A stretch of DNA of 42,791 nucleotides from a virus. Numbering within the stretch: position 1 is the stretch's first letter; each line of letters starts with the position of its first letter. The position numbers were made by a program, and so were the translations under genes. Positions 16,666 through 21,761 of the stretch are shown piece after piece. The DNA lies in the IMG/VR virus record IMGVR_UViG_3300048904_000146, positions 1-42,791 of that record. One strand, 5' to 3'. The notes below the pieces were generated by a model, which did not search any database, was not told where the DNA came from, and saw nothing but the letters and a program-made list of their open reading frames with translations.

Positions 16666-16874
16666 TGTTCGTACTCAGCGATCAGCCAGCCCTTGACGCG
16701 GATCATTTCTTGTTCGTCGTGGCAGAATGCCATGAACGCATCTTCGAGATCGGCTTCGGGGTGGTGGCTGATGTGCAGTTCCTGCGCGCCGCTGCTGATG
16801 AACGCCTCCGTCCAGCCGAGGCGCGTGCAGTCCGCATCGCAGGTAGGGCGGACGATCGGGAAGTTGTGGGACAT
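16659..16874 (-). CDS. Hypothetical protein (71 aa) bracketed by the two 67-bp repeats
   Basis: ATG 16874 after SD of repeat copy B; stop inside copy A; high GC3. Confidence 0.7.
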   Translation of the reverse strand: MSHNFPIVRPTCDADCTRLGWTEAFISSGAQELHISHHPEADLEDAFMAFCHDEQEMIRVKGWLIAEYEQI

Positions 16875-16877
16875 GAC

Positions 16878-16944
16878 CGTTTCTCCGTTGGTGCCATCAT
16901 AGCCCCGCAGCGGCCAGCGCCGCGGGGCGTAGGGGCATCAAATC
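16878..16944. repeat. 67-bp intergenic repeat, copy B
   Basis: Identical to 16599-16665. Confidence 0.9.
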
Positions 16945-17315
16945 GCGAAGGCGACGGTAAAGCCTGCGTCGCGTAGACGCGCGTCCCAGCTACGGCCGTC
17001 GTCCTTCTCGAAAGCGGTGAACAGCGCGCCGAGCGCCTTGCGCAAATCTGCGTCGCTGCCGCACTGACCGGCGATCGTGCCGGCCTTGGCGATGTTGACG
17101 ACTGCGGCTGTCACGGCTGCGGTCGCTTTGTCGTAGCCATAGCCGGTTGCGCGGCCCTTCTGCATCGTGGTGCCCCAGATGTGCACATAGGCGGTTGCAG
17201 CGGAGCCGTATTTGATGACGATGCGGCCGATGGCCTGGCCGTCGAGGATCAGCACGACAGCGGTGGTGTCCTTGGTGGCCTTGTCGAACTGCTCGTAGAT
17301 GTTGGTGGTAGCCAT
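16938..17315 (-). CDS. Hypothetical protein (125 aa)
   Basis: ATG 17315 with SD ACGGAGAAACG; stop inside repeat copy B. Confidence 0.7.
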   Translation of the reverse strand: MATTNIYEQFDKATKDTTAVVLILDGQAIGRIVIKYGSAATAYVHIWGTTMQKGRATGYGYDKATAAVTAAVVNIAKAGTIAGQCGSDADLRKALGALFTAFEKDDGRSWDARLRDAGFTVAFAI

Positions 17316-17390
17316 GATCGTTTCTCCGTTGCTGACACAGCCTATGTAGCAAATATGATATGTTGGTGCAAGCCCCTCATAGCAAAAATG

Positions 17391-17735
17391 TTAGAAGAGG
17401 CTTTCAGGGTCGATATACCGCTCTAGTATGTGGCGGATGCGCGGCCCTGTCGGCCACCCGCCCGGCTGCTTGCCTTTGCGGCACCCCTTGTCGCGGCGGT
17501 AGAAGTTGCCAGTGCTCAACCCGCTGGTGAAGGTGAAGCTCTTGCCGCAGTCCATGCACCGCGTCTGCCAGGTCATGACGGCGCTCTCCTCGCCTGTCTT
17601 GGTGCGATGGGGCTCGACGCGCAGCAGGGTGAAGGCTTGGAGCGTGTCTATCTGGTGGGTCTGCTCGTTGCGGCGCTTGAAGATGACGACGCTGAAGGGT
17701 TCAGGCATGTCACTTAGCTCGAAGTACAAGGGCAT
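17391..17735 (-). CDS. First leftward gene: hypothetical protein (114 aa) with CMDCG...C segment, C-terminus ...IDPESLF
   Basis: ATG 17735 with SD GGAGAACC preferred over 17876; high GC3. Confidence 0.65.
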   Translation of the reverse strand: MPLYFELSDMPEPFSVVIFKRRNEQTHQIDTLQAFTLLRVEPHRTKTGEESAVMTWQTRCMDCGKSFTFTSGLSTGNFYRRDKGCRKGKQPGGWPTGPRIRHILERYIDPESLF

Positions 17736-18012
17736 GTTGGTTCTCCATGTTGCGGCCACGGCTCTACTCGAACCCCGTGAAAACCGCAACACTCCTATAC
17801 TCTTCTCTCTTGCTAGCAGAGACGGGGCGTCACTACCGTTCGCACCGCCGTCCTCACTCACGTTCGACGTCGCCACGGAGCGTCACCCGGATAGCTGCAG
17901 GTAGTAACCGGTAACGGGTGGTAATTTAGAAATTACAATGCGTTTTTGCTACGAGGTGTGCGGCTGCTGCCGTGGCCGGTGCTCAAATGCGCCTGTTTGG
18001 CCGGATATCCTC

Positions 18013-18042
18013 AGCATATCAGCGCCTTAGCGTGATGCTCAA
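18013..18042 (-). promoter_or_regulatory. Candidate leftward promoter TTGAGC-N18-TATGCT
   Basis: -35 = reverse complement of 18037-18042, -10 = reverse complement of 18013-18018; back-to-back with the rightward promoter. Confidence 0.3.
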
Positions 18043-18075
18043 CGCGCGCCTGTCTGGCGCTGCGTTCTCGTTGCG

Positions 18076-18104
18076 TTGACGGAATAGGGCCGATTTGGTA
18101 CTAT
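18076..18104 (+). promoter_or_regulatory. Candidate rightward sigma70-type promoter TTGACG-N17-TACTAT
   Basis: -35 18076-18081, 17-nt spacer, -10 18099-18104; about 95 nt upstream of terS ATG. Confidence 0.55.
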
Positions 18105-18200
18105 TTGCTCTTCGGCGACCCTCTACGGCTTCCAAACTCAGTGGGTTTTTGGCCGATTTGGACGTTCATCAACGCACCCAGCTTTTACAGGTGAAAGCAC

Positions 18201-18878
18201 ATGGCTCTCCTAGCACCGCATAACAGCTTCGACACCGATAATGCCGAAAAACCGCGCAAGCGAGGCCGCCCAAAAGGCTCTCGCAACAAGCTGGCGCAAC
18301 GCTTCTTCGAGGATCTCTACGAAGCCTGGGAAGAGCAGGGAGAGAGCGCCATTGCCCGCGCTGCCTTCCACGATCCAGTCGCCTTCGTGTCCATCGTGGC
18401 GCGCTTGATGCCGCAGAAGCTCGAAATCACGCAGCCCACCGACGGCATCAGCGATGAGCGCCTCGCCGAGATGCTCGATTATGCTGAGCGAATGGCAGCG
18501 CTGCGGGACAGCGCCGCAGCAGGCGACCAGGCGCGCGTCATCGAAGGGCGTGCGCACGTGTTGAGCGACGAAAACGGGGTCGCAGCAGAGGTGAACGGGA
18601 TGGGGGGCGGGGGGCCCGATGCGGGTTACCTCCTTGGCGGGGAAAAGACCGCACACACTATTGCGGCCGCACCGGCCGAGACGGCCCCCTCCCCACACAA
18701 GCATAACGGGTTAAGCAATCCCCTCTCCCCTCCATATAGCCTTTCTGCCACAACCCCGCTTCCCCATCCCGTCGGAAAACCACACCCTACTCCCGACCAC
18801 CTGGTCGAACAGCGCAACCGAAATCGGCTTTCCGATATCGCCCGCAACGACCCCATTGACCCCGCCTCGCTTTTCTGA
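18201..18878 (+). CDS. terS: Terminase small subunit (DUF5681-like N-domain) with atypical Pro/Gly-rich C-terminal extension
   Basis: N-terminus KPRKRGRPKGSRNKL...FFEDLYEAWEEQGE...ARLMPQKLEI typical of small terminases of GC-rich proteobacterial phages; position upstream of terL. Confidence 0.7.
   Translation: MALLAPHNSFDTDNAEKPRKRGRPKGSRNKLAQRFFEDLYEAWEEQGESAIARAAFHDPVAFVSIVARLMPQKLEITQPTDGISDERLAEMLDYAERMAALRDSAAAGDQARVIEGRAHVLSDENGVAAEVNGMGGGGPDAGYLLGGEKTAHTIAAAPAETAPSPHKHNGLSNPLSPPYSLSATTPLPHPVGKPHPTPDHLVEQRNRNRLSDIARNDPIDPASLF
18701..18714 (+). promoter_or_regulatory. Motif copy S4: GCATAACggGTTAA (plus strand) inside the terS 3' extension, about 235 nt upstream of tRNA-Gln
   Basis: Fourth copy of GCATAAC-N2-GTTAR, again in the sense orientation of the local genes. 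Confidence 0.4.
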
Positions 18879-18887
18879 TGTTATGCC
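18852..18887. repeat. 36-bp direct repeat, copy 1 (last 8 codons and stop of terS plus 9 nt)
   Basis: CCCATTGACCCCGCCTCGCTTTTCTGATGTTATGCC identical to 19018-19053. Confidence 0.9.
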
Positions 18888-18907
18888 TCTGAGCTAGGGC
18901 AGGCTCT

Positions 18908-18940
18908 CTGCCCTGCCGGTCTGTTCAGCCGGCAGGGCAG
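18908..18940 (+). terminator. 12-bp-stem hairpin CTGCCCTGCCGG / CCGGCAGGGCAG (9-nt loop) after terS
   Basis: Exact reverse-complement arms 18908-18919 and 18929-18940; upstream AGGGCAG (18896-18902) could pair alternatively with 18908-18914. Confidence 0.45.
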
Positions 18941-18947
18941 AACGTGT

Positions 18948-19021
18948 TGCTCTGTCGTCTAACGGTAGGACATCGGCCTTTGAAGCCGTCGACGCTGGTT
19001 CGACCCCAGCCAGAGCACCCA
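18948..19021 (+). tRNA. tRNA-Gln (anticodon UUG) with encoded CCA end
   Basis: Hand-folded cloverleaf: acceptor TGCTCTG/CAGAGCA, D arm GTCT-AACGGTA-GGAC, anticodon arm TCGGC-CTTTGAA-GCCGT (one T-T mismatch), variable CGAC, T arm GCTGG-TTCGACC-CCAGC, discriminator C, CCA. Confidence 0.85.
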
Positions 19022-19053
19022 TTGACCCCGCCTCGCTTTTCTGATGTTATGCC
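19018..19053. repeat. 36-bp direct repeat, copy 2 (starts at the discriminator base and CCA end of the tRNA)
   Basis: Identical to 18852-18887. Confidence 0.9.
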
Positions 19054-19109
19054 CTGGCCGATCCGGGTTCCTAGCAGTCTTCCCGGCTCGGCGGCTTCCC
19101 AAGGCCTCT

Positions 19110-19145
19110 CGCCCCCGCGGTTTTCCCCTCAGCACCGCGGGGGCG
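19110..19145 (+). terminator. GC-rich 11-bp-stem hairpin CGCCCCCGCGG / CCGCGGGGGCG followed by AATTTTA
   Basis: Arms 19110-19120 and 19135-19145 are exact reverse complements; short T run follows; lies between tRNA and terL. Confidence 0.45.
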
Positions 19146-19166
19146 AATTTTACGGAGACACCCCCC

Positions 19167-19301
19167 GTGGCCGAACGGCTCGCTATCGGAATGGTCGTCA
19201 CCTGCGCGGTGCTGTGCCTGGTGCCTGTGGTCTTCGGTGCAGTCGTTGCGCGCTGGGACAAGAGGTGGAGCCGATCGGATCGGAAGGGGCCGCTTCTGTG
19301 A
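19167..19301 (+). CDS. Micro-ORF encoding a single-pass membrane peptide (44 aa)
   Basis: GTG 8 nt after GGAGA; VAERLAIGMVVTCAVLCLVPVVFGAVVARW...; GC3 higher than the overlapping terL-extension frame; stop in GTGA overlap with terL start. Confidence 0.45.
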   Translation: MAERLAIGMVVTCAVLCLVPVVFGAVVARWDKRWSRSDRKGPLL

Positions 19302-20782
19302 GCGATGTCGATATGACGCCCGAAGAGTGGGCGGTGTTTCGCGATCGGCTGCGCAAGGAGCAGGAACAGCGGATCGCCGTCAACCGGCTGGCGCACTACA
19401 AGCCCTATACCAAGCAGCGCGAGTTCCACACCGCAGGGGGAAAGCTCGACGAGATCGGTGCACAGCTGATCTATGAGCGGCTGTTCATGGCCGGCAACCA
19501 GCTCGGCAAGACCTTTGCCGGCGCCGCCGAAATGTCCATGCATCTCACCGGGCGCTATCCGGATTGGTGGGAAGGGCGTCGGTGGGATCGGCCGATCAGC
19601 GCGCTCGCCGGATCCGTGTCGTCCGAGCTGACGCGCGACGGTGTGCAGCGCCTTCTCGTCGGCGCGCCCAAGATCGAGGCGGATTGGGGCACCGGCTATA
19701 TCCCGAAGGACACCCTGCTCGACTGGTCCCGCAAGCAAGGCGTGGCCGATGCGCTCGACAGCGTGACCGTTCGTCATGTGAACGGCGGCGCCTCCACCCT
19801 GCTGTTCAAGAGCTACGACCAGGGGCGCGAGAAGTGGCAGGCCAACACCGTCGATCTCGTCTGGTTCGACGAAGAGCCACCCGAAGACGTCTACAATGAG
19901 GGCATCACCCGCACGACCGCGACAAATGGGTCAACATACCTGACCTTTACCCCGCTGCTCGGCATGTCCAAGGTCGTGCGCCGATTCCTCAACGAGAGCG
20001 ATCGGCACCGCAGCGTCACCACCATGACGATCGCCGACGCCGAGCATATCAGCGAAGCCGATCGCGTCCGCATCATCGCGCGCTACCCCGAGCACGAGCG
20101 CGAGGCCCGCGCCAATGGCGTGCCTATCCTGGGCTCCGGCGTCATCTTCCCCATTGCCGACAGCCGGATCCTGATCCCGCCGTTCCGCGTGCCCGACCAC
20201 TGGCCCGGCATCAACGGCATCGACTTCGGTTGGGACCACCCCACCGCGGCGGCGCAGCTGCGTTGGGACCGCGACAATGATATCGTCTATCTCGTGCGCG
20301 AGCACCGCCTGTCCAACGCCACCCCCAAGCAGCATGCCGCCACCATCGGCGACGAGCGCAGCTGGGGCAATTTCCCCTGGTCGTACCCCCATGACGGCGA
20401 AGTCGCCGACAAGGGCACCGGCATCGCGCTCGCCCGGCAGTACAAGACCGCCGGGCTCAACATGCTCGGCGAGCACGCCACCAACGCCGACGGCACCAAC
20501 TCCGTCGAAGCCGCGGTGCTCGACATGCTCGAGCGAATGAACGATGGGCGGTGGAAGGTCTTCGACGGCGTGTGCCCGCTGTGGATGGAGGAAAAGCGCC
20601 TCTACCACCGCGACGAAGGCAAGATCGTCAAGGAATACGACGATCTGATCTCGGCTTCCCGTTATGCGATGATGATGCTACGACATGCGCGGGTAAGCCG
20701 CTCTCGGCGCAACCCTTTCGGCTTCAACGAGCGCGGCGGCCAAGGCGTGGTCGCTGCGGGAACTGGCGAGGTGAACTGGTGA
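19298..20782 (+). CDS. terL: Terminase large subunit
   Basis: YKPYTKQREFH...FMAGNQLGKTF (Walker A), ...VWFDEEP (Walker B-like), C-terminal nuclease-like half; GTG 19298 (SD GAAGGGG) or ATG 19313; the ORF-track start 18944 runs through the tRNA and is rejected. Confidence 0.9.
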   Translation: MSDVDMTPEEWAVFRDRLRKEQEQRIAVNRLAHYKPYTKQREFHTAGGKLDEIGAQLIYERLFMAGNQLGKTFAGAAEMSMHLTGRYPDWWEGRRWDRPISALAGSVSSELTRDGVQRLLVGAPKIEADWGTGYIPKDTLLDWSRKQGVADALDSVTVRHVNGGASTLLFKSYDQGREKWQANTVDLVWFDEEPPEDVYNEGITRTTATNGSTYLTFTPLLGMSKVVRRFLNESDRHRSVTTMTIADAEHISEADRVRIIARYPEHEREARANGVPILGSGVIFPIADSRILIPPFRVPDHWPGINGIDFGWDHPTAAAQLRWDRDNDIVYLVREHRLSNATPKQHAATIGDERSWGNFPWSYPHDGEVADKGTGIALARQYKTAGLNMLGEHATNADGTNSVEAAVLDMLERMNDGRWKVFDGVCPLWMEEKRLYHRDEGKIVKEYDDLISASRYAMMMLRHARVSRSRRNPFGFNERGGQGVVAAGTGEVNW

Positions 20783-20949
20783 GCTTTCTTCCGCGCGCAG
20801 CAGGCACGCTCCTCGGGGGTGCCGTTGGCGGCCAGGTGCTCGGCGGCGTCTTCGGTGCGAAGTCCGCCCCCACCGGCACCCCGCCGTACATTCCTTCGTT
20901 GTCCAATTCGCCTCGAATGGGTAGAGGTAGCACCTCGCTCTCCATGTGA
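20779..20949 (+). CDS. Micro-ORF (56 aa), Gly-rich N-terminal segment
   Basis: GTGA overlap with terL stop; VSFLPRAAGTLLGGAVGGQVLGGVFG... Confidence 0.4.
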   Translation: MSFLPRAAGTLLGGAVGGQVLGGVFGAKSAPTGTPPYIPSLSNSPRMGRGSTSLSM

Positions 20950-20972
20950 GCGCGATCGAAAGGAACCCCGCG

Positions 20973-21482
20973 ATGGACAACCTGAAGCATGTGCGCCAGC
21001 AGGGGCGCGACGCCAAGAAGCAGAACGACGACAACACCGACGCCAAGGGCAACGTGATCGACACCGGCATCACGATGCTGTCGGCGCACGACTGCCCCTA
21101 CGGCCCCGGCGAGCTGCGCGATGCGTGGATGGCCGGGTTCGGCGGACAGCAGGAAGCGGTCGAGCAGGTCGATACCTCGCCCGCGTCGTCGGAAGACGTC
21201 CGCACCGACGTCACCGCTGACACGGTGCGCGAAGGCGCCAAGCCGAAGAAGGGCAAGAAGGCCGCCGACCAGACCAAGGTCGTGACCGACGTGACCGGCA
21301 CCGGCGAGACGTCGCTGCAGACCAGGGTCGTGCCTGCCAACCCCGAGGCATCCGACCAGGTGCCCGCGCCCGAGACGATCATCGGCGACCCCGCCGCGTC
21401 GCAGGGCCCGAGCGATGCCAACGTCATGCACCCCAACGAGAGCAACGGCGATGACGCCGCTTCCTCGTCCGACCTGATGTAA
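20973..21482 (+). CDS. Protein with Rmf/CrpP-like motif followed by an acidic disordered tail (169 aa)
   Basis: DCPYGPGELRDAWMAGF has the same spacing as E. coli RMF CPYQTLNQRSQWLGGW (CPY-x5-R-x2-W-x2-G-[WF]); ATG 20973 with SD AGGAA (GTG 20946 alternative). Confidence 0.6.
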   Translation: MDNLKHVRQQGRDAKKQNDDNTDAKGNVIDTGITMLSAHDCPYGPGELRDAWMAGFGGQQEAVEQVDTSPASSEDVRTDVTADTVREGAKPKKGKKAADQTKVVTDVTGTGETSLQTRVVPANPEASDQVPAPETIIGDPAASQGPSDANVMHPNESNGDDAASSSDLM

Positions 21483-21494
21483 GGGAGACGCCCG

Positions 21495-21686
21495 GTGACC
21501 GCATTGTTCAGCAAGCCCGACGTGCCCGCCCCGCCGCCCGTACCCACGGTCGACGACGCGCAGGCTCGGGCCAATGCAACCGACCGGGCGCTGCGCCGTG
21601 GCCGCGCGACCACGGTGCTCACCTCCGACCAAGGACTTCCCGATCTGGGGAGCACGAAGCGGCCGACGGCATCCGCCGGCGGTTGA
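21495..21686 (+). CDS. Hypothetical small protein (63 aa), Pro-rich N-terminus
   Basis: GTG 6 nt after GGGAGA; ...KPDVPAPPPVPTVDD...RRGRATTVLTSD. Confidence 0.55.
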   Translation: MTALFSKPDVPAPPPVPTVDDAQARANATDRALRRGRATTVLTSDQGLPDLGSTKRPTASAGG

Positions 21687-21761
21687 TCGTTGCGGGGGCG
21701 ACGCGGGTGTATCTCCGTGCCGATGCGCCGCCCCCGCTAAACCACGCATGAGGAACCGCCC

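Noticed and set aside
16599-16944. The 67-bp repeats as a possible minimal CRISPR array
   Set aside because: There are only two copies. The 212-bp spacer is a bona fide SD-preceded gene, the repeats themselves contain stop codon and SD, and there are no cas genes.
17938-18030. Cys-rich 30-aa micro-ORF (MRFCYEVCGCCRGRCSNAPVWPDILSISAP) in the control region
   Set aside because: No SD in front and GC3 of only about 59 percent. It overlaps predicted operator and promoter repeats, so it is more likely non-coding regulatory DNA. Not excluded as a leader peptide.
18597-18614. G-run GGGATGGGGGGCGGGGGG as a G-quadruplex element
   Set aside because: There are only three separate G tracts, two of which would need zero-length loops. 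It lies in coding sequence (the GMGGGG peptide). It is mentioned only as part of the atypical terS tail.
18944-19297. N-terminal extension of the terL ORF (track start GTG 18944, or ATG 19049)
   Set aside because: The extension reads straight through the tRNA-Gln gene and two hairpins, and has low GC3 (about 60 percent by hand count). It competes with a better-scoring micro-ORF frame. The terminase similarity begins only after residue 124.
18217-20667. Additional GCATAAC heptamer half sites (18217 plus strand; 18880, 19046 and 20661 minus strand)
   Set aside because: The heptamer alone is expected about three times by chance under my rough composition assumption, and these copies lack the GTTAR half. 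Only the four full motifs are treated as significant.
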